Shown in pieces: positions 1 to 8,106 of a stretch of 64,000 nt of DNA. The notes below the pieces were generated by a model that was not told the origin of the DNA, made no database searches, and saw only the letters and a program-made list of their open reading frames with translations. Each line of letters starts with the position of its first letter. The stretch's first letter is position 1. A program made the translations under genes and the position numbers. Origin of the DNA: an uncultured Gemmatimonadota bacterium (GTDB lineage: Bacteria > JAAXHH01); assembly GCA_951812955.1 (NCBI GenBank), contig OX638340.1:2432001-2496000 (forward strand), written 5' to 3'.

Positions 1-1412
1 TCGACGAAGCGATAGTCCCTCCGGACCTCCCGTACCCACCATCCACCGCTGACCAGGTGTTCTGGGGGCGGACCGGGACCCGAAGGCGCCTGCCAGTGCA
101 CGGGCTGGCCTTCCAGGACGCGGGGACTGGCGTGGGCGCGCCGCACCAGGGAACGCACGGCGACGGGCCGGGGACTGGCCGCTGCGAGCTTGCCGAAGGG
201 CCGCCACGCGAAACGGGCCTCCGGCAGGTGCGCCGAGGCCAACCGGGCCGTGAGGACCGAATCGGGGCCGAACTCGGCGCGGACCCGCGCCAGGGCCCGC
301 ATGGCCGACCCGGTATCGCGGTCCGGATTCTCCTGCAGCAGGTTCAGTTTATCGGCGGTGACGCCCACGGCCTCCACCTCGAGGGCCAACTCCACCGGGG
401 GAAAGGGGAAGGAGACCGTTTCCAGATGCAGAACCACCAGCTCCAGCAGGATCTTCGCGTCCAGCGTCGGTTCGGCCGCCTGGACCCGGCAGCGGTGCCG
501 CGTTCCGTTCTCCTGCCGGAACGCCATCTGGAGGGCGGCGGCCGCCTGGTATCTTTCACCCGCGGCCTTCAGCAGGGGCGCCAGCAGTTGGGACACCCGG
601 AACAGGAGGCCCCGGGCATCGGACTCGTTATCGTCCAGTTCCATCCGGGCCTGGAGCGGTTCGGGAAGCGCCCGGGGCTGGAGGGGCAGGGGGCGGTCAC
701 CCGTCGCGAAGCGGTAGAGTTCCCTCGCCTGCTCGCCGAGATGCCGGGCGATACGCTCCCCGGGAAGCGCTAGGAAGTCCCCCACGGTATGCACGGCCAG
801 CTTGTCCAGCCGCTCCCGCAGTTTCGGCTCGAGTTGCAGGTGCACCAGCCCCACCTTGCGGTATTCGGCTTCCTCGGCTTCCACGGACGGGAGTACGATT
901 ACCCCGTTCCTCGCTCTGGCGACGGCATAGGCGCCGAAACGGCCGAAACCGACCACGACGCTCGCCGAAAACTCCAGCGCGGTGAGGGCGGCGTGCATCT
1001 GTCCGGCCCAGTCCTCCAGCGACACGTAGAGCCAGTCCAGCCCCCCCGCGTCCACCCAGAAGATCCCCGGTTCCTCCCCGCTCGGTTCCACCCGGGGGCT
1101 GAAGCGATCCAGCGCGCCGTGGACCTGCCGGACTGCGGCCCCGACCTCCTCCTCCGAAACCGTCCCGGCGCACAGGCAGCGATCCAGGGAGAGGGCCGCG
1201 GCGTACCGCATGCCCGGCCGGATCCCGCCCCGGACGGCCGCGTCGTTGAGCCACAGGATGGGGCTCAGGGGTTTTTCTTCCTCTACCACCACCACCGGTC
1301 TCTCCCGCCACTGCGGATGGCTCCGCAGCAGGAGCTGCAGCGGCAGCGCCCGAATGTTAATGCAGGCCGTCCGGCCCGCGGCAGATTTCGGTGTGGCGCC
1401 AGCCCGGTCCAT
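1..1412 (-). CDS. imuB: ImuB-like Y-family DNA polymerase (5' portion; ORF runs off the window start, so it is absent from the ORF track)
   Basis: Manual minus-strand translation from the ATG at 1412..1410 gives MDRAGATPKSAAGRTACINIRALPLQLLLRSHPQWRERPVVVVEEEKPLSPILWLNDAAVRGGIRPGMRYAAAALSLDRCLCAGTVSEEEVGAAVRQVHGALDRFSPRVEPSGEEPGIFWVDAGGLDWLYVSLEDWAGQMHAALTALEFSASVVVGFGRFGAYAVARARN... with no stop down to at least ~nt 800. The N-terminal pattern (LPLxxLL...VVVVEE...PILWLNDAA...GIRPGMRxAAA) matches ImuB proteins. It sits downstream of lexA-imuA and overlaps the imuA 3' end by ~55 nt. Confidence 0.6.
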   Translation of the reverse strand, partial: MDRAGATPKSAAGRTACINIRALPLQLLLRSHPQWRERPVVVVEEEKPLSPILWLNDAAVRGGIRPGMRYAAALSLDRCLCAGTVSEEEVGAAVRQVHGALDRFSPRVEPSGEEPGIFWVDAGGLDWLYVSLEDWAGQMHAALTALEFSASVVVGFGRFGAYAVARARNGVIVLPSVEAEEAEYRKVGLVHLQLEPKLRERLDKLAVHTVGDFLALPGERIARHLGEQARELYRFATGDRPLPLQPRALPEPLQARMELDDNESDARGLLFRVSQLLAPLLKAAGERYQAAAALQMAFRQENGTRHRCRVQAAEPTLDAKILLELVVLHLETVSFPFPPVELALEVEAVGVTADKLNLLQENPDRDTGSAMRALARVRAEFGPDSVLTARLASAHLPEARFAWRPFGKLAAASPRPVAVRSLVRRAHASPRVLEGQPVHWQAPSGPGPPPEHLVSGGWWVREVRRDYRFV

Positions 1413-1992
1413 GACGTCTGTCCTTCAGGATTTCGATTTCACATTGAAAACGGTCCACCGCCAGGCGGCGGCAGGAGGTCTGGCCCCTCAGGGTGACCAT
1501 CGGCCCCAGCGAAGGCGCCTCCCGGGATTTGGCGGTCAGGCACAGCAGGGCGGCGTGGTGGTCCCGCGCCTGCCGGGCCAGGCGCACCTGCAGCGGCACG
1601 GGGACCCTGGAATCGGCGTGCAGGTCCATCACCACCAGCCCGAATCCACCCGATCGCAGGACCCGGTCCCCCGCCCGCGCCGCGGCCCGGGCGTCCGGTA
1701 CGCGGATGACCACCAGGGCGTCCAAGTCCACGCCGCTCTCCGCCGCGTCCGGCGCGAAGAAGGTGTCCGGCGTTGCCGTGATCCAGGCCGCCGGCTCGCC
1801 CTCGAGCTGGGCGTCCAGCACCAGCCGGAAGGCGGCCGTCAGCAGGGCGGCCCCGGGGACGGACGAGAGCTCGCAGAGCCGCCCGGCCAGCTGGGCCCGC
1901 GACCAGCACGGCTGCTCCTCCCGTTTCTTGACGGGCATACGCGTGAAATAGGGATCGAGATCCTGCAGATCCCGATCCCGCGGGGACGACAT
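1357..1992 (-). CDS. imuA: ImuA-like (SulA/RecA-fold) protein of the SOS mutagenesis cassette
   Basis: 211-aa ORF starting 11 nt after the lexA stop on the same strand. Family call is based on position in a lexA-imuA-imuB arrangement and a RecA/SulA-like P-loop-less fold family pattern (…VVMDLHADSRVPVPLQVRLARQAR…). Not a strong sequence call. Confidence 0.5.
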   Translation of the reverse strand: MSSPRDRDLQDLDPYFTRMPVKKREEQPCWSRAQLAGRLCELSSVPGAALLTAAFRLVLDAQLEGEPAAWITATPDTFFAPDAAESGVDLDALVVIRVPDARAAARAGDRVLRSGGFGLVVMDLHADSRVPVPLQVRLARQARDHHAALLCLTAKSREAPSLGPMVTLRGQTSCRRLAVDRFQCEIEILKDRRHGPGWRHTEICRGPDGLH

Positions 1993-2003
1993 AGTGGTTC
2001 CTT

Positions 2004-2618
2004 TTACTCAACGCTCCGCCGCACCTCGATGACCTTACCCAACAGCGAAAAAGGCGCTCCGTCCTCCCGGGGGATGATCGGACTGAAGGCCTCGTTCTCC
2101 GGATGCAGCTCGACACGGCCGTCCCGCTCCCGGTACCGCTTGACCGTCGCCTCGTCGCCCACCAGGGCCACCACGATGTCCCCCGGACTGGCCGTTGCCT
2201 GCCGACGCACGATCACGATGTCCCCCGGCAGGATGCCGGCATGAAGCATGCTCTCCCCCTCCACGGCCAGCGCGAAGAGCTCATCGTCGTCGAAACGCGT
2301 CTGCACCATGATGTATTCCGGCGGATCCTCCATGGCCTCGGTCAGTTCGCCCGCCTGTACGCGCCCCAGCATGGCGATCAACTGGGGCGGACGGGCCTTG
2401 CCGAACTCCGGCAGCCGGTAACCCCGAGACCTTCCGTCCACCTTGGCGAGCTTCCCCTCGGACACCAGCTTCTCCAGGTGCTGGCGGGCGGACTGGACCG
2501 CCCGGAACCCGAAGGCGCGCTGCACGTCCCGGGTCGTGGGCGGGATCCCGCTTAAGATCCGTTCCCGCACGAAATCGTAGATCTTCTCCCTGGTCTTTCC
2601 AGATGGCGTGTAGGCCAT
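2004..2618 (-). CDS. lexA: LexA repressor (S24 peptidase)
   Basis: MAYTPSGKTREKIYDFVRERILSGIPPTTRDVQRAFGFRAVQSARQHLEKLVSEGKL is a winged-HTH N-domain. The C-domain has the Ser/Lys dyad context (GESMLHAGILPGDIVIV…VKRY). The ATG is at 2618..2616; the 240-aa track ORF is an upstream extension. Confidence 0.9.
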   Translation of the reverse strand: MAYTPSGKTREKIYDFVRERILSGIPPTTRDVQRAFGFRAVQSARQHLEKLVSEGKLAKVDGRSRGYRLPEFGKARPPQLIAMLGRVQAGELTEAMEDPPEYIMVQTRFDDDELFALAVEGESMLHAGILPGDIVIVRRQATASPGDIVVALVGDEATVKRYRERDGRVELHPENEAFSPIIPREDGAPFSLLGKVIEVRRSVE

Positions 2619-2757
2619 GATGGTCTCCTCGGGGCCGGGCCGGTGAAAGGGGTTGATGGAAAGGACCAGCGCAACGGAGAAAAGGGCCGGCGCGAAGGGC
2701 CGATGAAACGTGCCGGGGCGCACCAAAACGCATCAACGAGCGCCTGAAAACCCATAA

Positions 2758-2775
2758 AACAGACATTTGTCTGTT
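2758..2775. promoter_or_regulatory. Inverted repeat AACAGACA-TT-TGTCTGTT (ACAG-N8-CTGT) in the lexA / DUF4143-ATPase divergent promoter; candidate LexA operator
   Basis: 8-bp perfect arms separated by 2 nt. It lies ~140 nt upstream of the lexA ATG and ~120 nt upstream of the divergent 2897 gene. It contains CTGT/ACAG tetramers as in CTGT-N8-ACAG SOS boxes, but in the opposite arrangement. Confidence 0.4.
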
Positions 2776-2896
2776 ATGTCAAGCGGTTTTTAGGAAAATT
2801 GGGGATTGGGAACGGGTGAGAACCATTTCACTAACCGCAAGTTCTTTTCAAAATTACAGCTTGCTTATTGATACAATTAACGTTAAATATATTAAT

Positions 2897-4057
2897 ATGA
2901 TGGCAGATTTTTACATTCCTCAAGCGCAACTCACCACACTCGCCCACCTGGTTACACCGGGCAAAGTCGTTGTGGTATACGGACCCAGAAGGGTGGGCAA
3001 GACCACGCTGATCAAGCGTTACATGCGAGAACACGACCCCGACGCCCTGCTCGTAACGGGGGAGGACATCGTGGTCAGGGAGTACCTCGAGAGTCAGTCC
3101 CTGGCCAAATTGACGTCCTTCGTCGGCCGTCGCCGTACACTGATCATCGACGAAGCTCAGCATATCCGGCAAATCGGGCTGAATCTCAAGCTGATCGCCG
3201 ACCACGTCGAAGGGCTTAAGATCATCACCACAGGCTCGTCCTCCTTCGACCTGGCCAATCAGACTGGCGAGCCCCTGACCGGCCGCAAGTATACCCTGCT
3301 GCTTCTGCCACTGGCCCAGTTGGAACTCCAGGAAACCGAATCCGCGCACCAGACACGAGCCCATCTCGAACTTCGGATGATTTACGGGTCGTATCCCGAA
3401 GTCGTCCTCATGGAGTCAAACGAAGACCGGCAACTCTATATCAAGGAACTGATCGCTTCCTATCTATTCAGGGACATACTCCAGCTGGAGGGCATACGCC
3501 ATGCGGACAAGCTGCTCAGGCTGCTGCAACTGGTCGCCTTCCAGATCGGACGCGAGGTATCGACTTCCGAACTGGGCACCCAGTTGGGCATGAAAGCGAA
3601 CACCGTGGATCGATATCTAGACTTACTTGAGAAATCCTATATCCTATACAGCCGCCGCGGGTTCAGCCGCAATCTGCGTAAGGAAATAACCAAGAGCCGA
3701 CGGTATTACTTCTACGACAACGGCATCAGGAACGGGTTGATCAACAACTTCAACCCACTTGCAATGCGGGATGACGCGGGGGAGTTGTGGGAAAGCTACA
3801 TCCTGGTGGAACGATTGAAGCACAACCTCTACAACGGACACCTGGCGGAAAGCTACTTCTGGCGTACATACGATCGCCAGGAAATCGACCTAGTTGAGGA
3901 GTGGGGAGGTCAACTACTTGCCACGGAAATGAAATGGACCGCCAGATCACACCGGGCGCCCGGCGCCTGGCGCAAGGCCTATCCCGAAAGTTCGTTCCAG
4001 GTTGTTCATCCTGAAAACTATCTCAGTTTTATTTCTGAATCACCGGCCGCACCCTAA
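2897..4057 (+). CDS. AAA-superfamily ATPase with C-terminal DUF4143 domain (COG1373-like)
   Basis: Walker A GPRRVGKTT, Walker B LIIDEAQ. The C-terminal region is typical of the ATPase+DUF4143 family. The start is placed at MMADF (2897) after an AT-rich promoter-like stretch. Confidence 0.7.
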   Translation: MMADFYIPQAQLTTLAHLVTPGKVVVVYGPRRVGKTTLIKRYMREHDPDALLVTGEDIVVREYLESQSLAKLTSFVGRRRTLIIDEAQHIRQIGLNLKLIADHVEGLKIITTGSSSFDLANQTGEPLTGRKYTLLLLPLAQLELQETESAHQTRAHLELRMIYGSYPEVVLMESNEDRQLYIKELIASYLFRDILQLEGIRHADKLLRLLQLVAFQIGREVSTSELGTQLGMKANTVDRYLDLLEKSYILYSRRGFSRNLRKEITKSRRYYFYDNGIRNGLINNFNPLAMRDDAGELWESYILVERLKHNLYNGHLAESYFWRTYDRQEIDLVEEWGGQLLATEMKWTARSHRAPGAWRKAYPESSFQVVHPENYLSFISESPAAP

Positions 4058-4077
4058 ACGAACAACAGATCCTTCGT

Positions 4078-4557
4078 TCAACCGGTCTGCGCAATGACCG
4101 TTTCCGGCTCGTGATCGACCGCGAAGTTCACGGACCTGGCGATAAAGCACATGGCATGGGCTTTTTCGTGCAGGCGCTCCGCGGTTTCCGCATCCCTCTC
4201 CGCCGTTATCGTAACACGCGGCCTGAGGGTCACGCGTCCGAACTGGCCCGAGCCGTCCGGATTCAGTTCCATCACGCCTTCCGCCTGGTCTTCGTAGGCC
4301 GTCACCACGACTTTGTTCACCGTGCAAAGATGCAGATACCAGAGCATGTGGCAGGCCGAAAGAGAAGCCAGCAGCATGTCCTCCGGATTATGGCGGGCAG
4401 CGTCGCCCAGGTAGCCAGGATCCGCGGAACCCTTGAGAACCGGCTTGCCCTTGCATGCGATGTCGTAATCACGCGTATAGCCCCTGTACGTGCTCGAACC
4501 GTTGCCCAGATTGCCCTTCCACACAACACCGACCTCGTACGTATGCTGCTTGTTCAT
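4078..4557 (-). CDS. osmC: OsmC/Ohr-family peroxiredoxin-like protein
   Basis: 159 aa. Has OsmC-like conserved Cys pairs (…LSACHML…, …HAMCFIARS…) and the family's size. Confidence 0.75.
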   Translation of the reverse strand: MNKQHTYEVGVVWKGNLGNGSSTYRGYTRDYDIACKGKPVLKGSADPGYLGDAARHNPEDMLLASLSACHMLWYLHLCTVNKVVVTAYEDQAEGVMELNPDGSGQFGRVTLRPRVTITAERDAETAERLHEKAHAMCFIARSVNFAVDHEPETVIAQTG

Positions 4558-4597
4558 GATGCCTCCAGGTTTCTAGTCAATTACGGTGCCTGAACTT

Positions 4598-4620
4598 AAC
4601 TGATCGGTACACGATCAGTT
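4598..4620. promoter_or_regulatory. Inverted repeat AACTGATC-N7-GATCAGTT upstream of osmC
   Basis: Perfect 8-bp arms seen in the AT-rich intergenic region ~40 nt upstream of the osmC start. Could be an operator for an OhrR/MarR-type regulator. Confidence 0.3.
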
Positions 4621-4796
4621 TCAATCGTAGTAACTCACCTGGTGCCATGCAACAGGTTAAAACCTGTGGTGCATCCGGTAGCCTTAAGACCGGGTTGGAT
4701 GTAACGGACAGAAAATTGGAAGAAACTTCTTGTTTGGTCAGATAATTACTTTAATTTTCTGACAATAATTGATACTGAGCATATCGCATATCACGG

Positions 4797-5429
4797 GTGT
4801 TTTCAATGAGCAGTATGGCCGCTAAAATCATGCGTCGGGTGTCCGCTCATCCCACCGGAAAGTGGGTTTGTACACCGAAGGATTTCCTGGACTTCGGGAG
4901 CAGGGAGGCCATTGACCAGGCTCTGTCGCGCCTGGCCAGATCCGATCGGCTGCGGCGCATAGGCCACGGCCTCTATGACAGGCCCAGGTTCAGCAACGTA
5001 CTGAGACGTCCTGCGCCGGTTGATCTGGATGCTGCAGTTAGCGCACTGGCAAGGAGGGACGGCGTTCAGATCCTGCCGGATGGCATGGCCTCTGCGAATC
5101 AGTTGGGACTCACGAACGCCGTACCGGCCAAAGTCAGCTTCGTAACAGATGGCTACTCCAGGACACTTAAAATTGAAGGAAGGACGGTCCGTTTTCGACA
5201 TGCGAGCCCGAGCGTTATGAAATGGGCCGGAAGACCGTCAGCTTCGGTGGTTCAGGCGTTGCGATGGCTTGGTCCCGCCGCGGCCGAGGACGCACGGGTC
5301 CTGTCGACCTTGAGCCGAACCCTCTCGGAAGAAGTGAAGGTCGATTTATTAAGAAACATACGCGATCTGCCGGGATGGGTATTGCCGCTGTTGCGAGAAA
5401 TAACCACTGAACATCACGACGCAATATGA
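4797..5429 (+). CDS. abiEi: AbiEi-family antitoxin/transcriptional regulator (type IV TA)
   Basis: The N-terminal region (…AIDQALSRLARSDRLRRIGHGLYDRP…) resembles AbiEi wHTH antitoxins. It is followed 7 nt later by an AbiEii-like ORF. Confidence 0.55.
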   Translation: MFSMSSMAAKIMRRVSAHPTGKWVCTPKDFLDFGSREAIDQALSRLARSDRLRRIGHGLYDRPRFSNVLRRPAPVDLDAAVSALARRDGVQILPDGMASANQLGLTNAVPAKVSFVTDGYSRTLKIEGRTVRFRHASPSVMKWAGRPSASVVQALRWLGPAAAEDARVLSTLSRTLSEEVKVDLLRNIRDLPGWVLPLLREITTEHHDAI

Positions 5430-5436
5430 AAATGGA

Positions 5437-6174
5437 TTGCGTATCTTTCCTCTCCCTTCCTGTCCAGGACAGACGGGACCTCTTCGAGTCAGCGGCAAAC
5501 TGAAAACCGCACTTTCGAGACGAATCGACGAGATCGTCGAAGGAGGTCTTGTCATTCCAGATGAAAGCGACGTCGACGGCCAGACGCTTCTCGTGGAGTA
5601 CCCTACACTTTACCCTGGAGACAGTGTCGCCTACGTGGCGCCACGGGTACGAATCGAGGCAGGGGCGAGATCGGCGCTGGATCCCAACCTGACCCGTACC
5701 ATCAAACCATTCATCGCGGATGAGGTGCGAGACTTGTCTTTGGCAGTGGAAAACATCCGCGTTATCGCACCAGATCGCACGCTCTGGGAGAAGCTGTTGA
5801 TCCTGCATGGGTTGTACTGCGGATATCGGGACGCACAGCGTCTACCGGCAGACAGAGATCGGATATCCCGCCACTACTACGATGTTGCCATGATAACGGA
5901 GACCGAGTCCGGCAGGGCCGCTCTATCCAACCTTGAATTGATGGATTCAGTTCGTAAACACAACCTTATTGCGTTTCGACAGGCCTGGAAGAAGTTCGAA
6001 GAGGCCGTACCTGGACGGGTGAAACTGGTTCCTCAGTTGGAACTGCACATGCTGATCGAGCGGGACTATGAAGCCATGCAGGACATGATCCTGGGTGACG
6101 TCCCGAATTTCAGATGGATCGTGGACCAATTGATGCATGCCGAAGCCATTGTCAATGGAACTACGAGAAGTTAA
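5437..6174 (+). CDS. abiEii: AbiEii/AbiGii-family nucleotidyltransferase toxin (DUF1814), TTG start, possibly N-terminally degenerate
   Basis: …IRVIAPDRTLWEKLLILHG… and …RHYYDVAMI… are typical DUF1814 C-terminal motifs. The ORF begins with TTG. The canonical N-terminal GGTAL-type motif is not obvious (GKLKTAL instead). Confidence 0.55.
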   Translation: MRIFPLPSCPGQTGPLRVSGKLKTALSRRIDEIVEGGLVIPDESDVDGQTLLVEYPTLYPGDSVAYVAPRVRIEAGARSALDPNLTRTIKPFIADEVRDLSLAVENIRVIAPDRTLWEKLLILHGLYCGYRDAQRLPADRDRISRHYYDVAMITETESGRAALSNLELMDSVRKHNLIAFRQAWKKFEEAVPGRVKLVPQLELHMLIERDYEAMQDMILGDVPNFRWIVDQLMHAEAIVNGTTRS

Positions 6175-6298
6175 CGTTCATGAATGCCAGGACGGCAGCA
6201 CTATCTCTAATTACACGTCATGATACCTTGACGGTCGTGCTCGATTTCGACGTCAGACAACACGAAGATCAGTCGGACCAATATGAAGGAGCTCCAAC

Positions 6299-6916
6299 AT
6301 GGCAACCCGGCGAGAACTTGCCTTTCCCGTCGAATCTCAGGAAGCCGCTGAACTCGCAATCGAAGATGACCGCACCGGTATCATCCTCGATCCGCTTCGC
6401 TGGCGTCTCCTTGAGATCCTGGGAGCGGGAAAGTCGGTGACGGAGATTTCTGAAGCGCTTGATGTTACGGACGCCCGGGTGCTGTACCACGTGCAGAGAC
6501 TGGCACAGACGGGAGTCGTGCATCTGGAGGATGATGCGGCGGCAGATCCCCGGGAATGGCGGTGTCTGCCCGCGGCGGCAGTGATTAGCGTACAGGAGGA
6601 GCAGGAGGCGGGCAGGTCATCCGGGCAGGAGGACAGACAGGCACAAGTGGCCGTCCCGGAGGCAGTGGCCGGCCAGTTTAACCAGGCTTTTCGCGAAGCG
6701 GCGGAAGGGATGTACGGACCGTCCTTCCAGATGTCCGTCAACCACAACCGCGCGCGGCTGTCAGAAGCCCAGGCCGCCGAATTCAACCGTAGGCTGCTTG
6801 CGCTCATCGAAGAGTACTTCCCTCCCGGAAAAGGAGACCGGTCGGGCGTCAAGTACGGTTTCCACGGCGTGCTAACACCGATCGATCTTCATCCGCTTGG
6901 GGATGCCGAGGGATAG
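6299..6916 (+). CDS. ArsR-family HTH transcriptional regulator with C-terminal extension
   Basis: …ILDPLRWRLLEILGAGKSVTEISEALDVTDARVLYHVQRLAQTGVV… is an ArsR/SmtB-type HTH. At 205 aa it is longer than the minimal ArsR. Confidence 0.6.
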   Translation: MATRRELAFPVESQEAAELAIEDDRTGIILDPLRWRLLEILGAGKSVTEISEALDVTDARVLYHVQRLAQTGVVHLEDDAAADPREWRCLPAAAVISVQEEQEAGRSSGQEDRQAQVAVPEAVAGQFNQAFREAAEGMYGPSFQMSVNHNRARLSEAQAAEFNRRLLALIEEYFPPGKGDRSGVKYGFHGVLTPIDLHPLGDAEG

Positions 6917-6988
6917 GTGTTCGCGGATATCACGAACGTCATCCGCTCGGAGATGCCGGGGGATAGAGAGGTGGGTATACCATAAGCA

Positions 6989-7219
6989 TCACCGGGGTCC
7001 GCGACCATCACCGCGGCCTGAGACGACGGACCACAAGAAGACCGCCATACCTGCCAGCACAAGCACGGCCCCCAGGCAAAGGAACAAAGTCATCGAGACC
7101 GGATGGATCCAGAACAGGGTCGCCACTTCCACGACGAGGCCAACCGCAATCAACAAGCCCGCAATGTAAAGCCGGCCGGCGAATCCAGTTCGACCACCGG
7201 ACCGGAGGGATTCATGCAT
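6989..7219 (-). CDS. Small two-TM membrane protein (hypothetical), last gene of the cytochrome operon
   Basis: An ATG (MHESL…) lies 5 nt after the NrfH-like stop. It has two hydrophobic helices (LYIAGLLIAVGLVVEV…, LFLCLGAVLVLAGMAVFLW). Confidence 0.3.
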   Translation of the reverse strand: MHESLRSGGRTGFAGRLYIAGLLIAVGLVVEVATLFWIHPVSMTLFLCLGAVLVLAGMAVFLWSVVSGRGDGRGPR

Positions 7220-7224
7220 ATCGC

Positions 7225-7852
7225 TCACTCTCCCGCCGCCGGTTCCCATTTGCCAAAACGATCCAGCTTGTCCACCTCATGCACCAGGTTGTGGCACATC
7301 ACGCATGATCTGGTACCGTTGAGCATTTCTCGCAGATAGGGCCGGTGGTCCGGATGCTCCTCGTACGAGCGCGCGCCTGCGTGACATTCGAGGCAGGCCG
7401 TGTTTTCGTAGGGCTCGTACAGCGCGACGGGTTCGGACCACGTCCCCCAGACGTTGTGCCATACGTGCCGCACGCCCCGGATCTTGTCGTCCACGTCCCC
7501 GAACATCGTGTAGTCCGAATGGCAGACGTAGCAGGCATAGTCCGCGGGGATCCGCTTATTCTGGAAATGGGCGGCCGGCAGAAACCGGCCGTCGTCGATA
7601 TACAGGCTTTCCAGGAAGGGTTGGTTGACGTGGCAGGAGACGCAGAACTCGGTCGACTTGGCTTGCTCGTAGTGCTGCACGGTTCCCACCGAGCAGCGCC
7701 ACGCCGGGCAGCAGTAGAAACGTGAAGAACGCGAAGATCATGCCGCCGGCCGAGGCGGTAAGATCGGGCCGCCGCAGGACTACCGCGATCATGGCCAGCG
7801 TAATGGCCGCCAGGACGATCAGGGTGATGGTAAATCCGGTCATTCCGGCCAC
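7225..7852 (-). CDS. NapC/NirT/NrfH-family membrane tetraheme cytochrome c, split into two overlapping ORFs (probable frameshift near 7690-7705)
   Basis: ORF 7556..7852 encodes an N-terminal hydrophobic anchor (MTGFTITLIVLAAITLAMIAVVL…MIFAFFTFLLLPG). ORF 7225..7689 (GTG start, no signal peptide) has four CxxCH motifs (CVSCH, CYVCH, CLECH, CVMCH) in 150 aa. Family members are a single polypeptide of TM helix plus tetraheme domain. Confidence 0.6.
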
Positions 7853-8106
7853 TCAGTTCGACTCCTGTCCCCGGTCGCTATGGCTGCTTCGGTCGGCTCT
7901 ATTGTTCAGGCCGCCGACACTGCTCCGGCCACTTACTCCGCCGAACCGCGCCGGCCGGCTTCCTCACGAAGGTCCCGGGAGAGCGCCCTGATCTCGGCCA
8001 GGTCCTGCACCATCTCGCTCCAGCCGTACCACAGCGCATAGTCGGGATTGTTATGGAAGGTCCCCTGGAATGCCCGCATGCGATGTTCCAGGTGCATCCT
8101 GAAGAG

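Noticed and set aside
697-1311. 204-aa Gly/Arg/Pro-rich ORF on the minus strand, and the + strand ORFs 57..773 and 789..1496
   Set aside because: They overlap the manually translated ImuB-like reading frame, which has a coherent polymerase-like sequence. The extreme G/R/P composition is the usual signature of wrong-frame ORFs in high-GC DNA.
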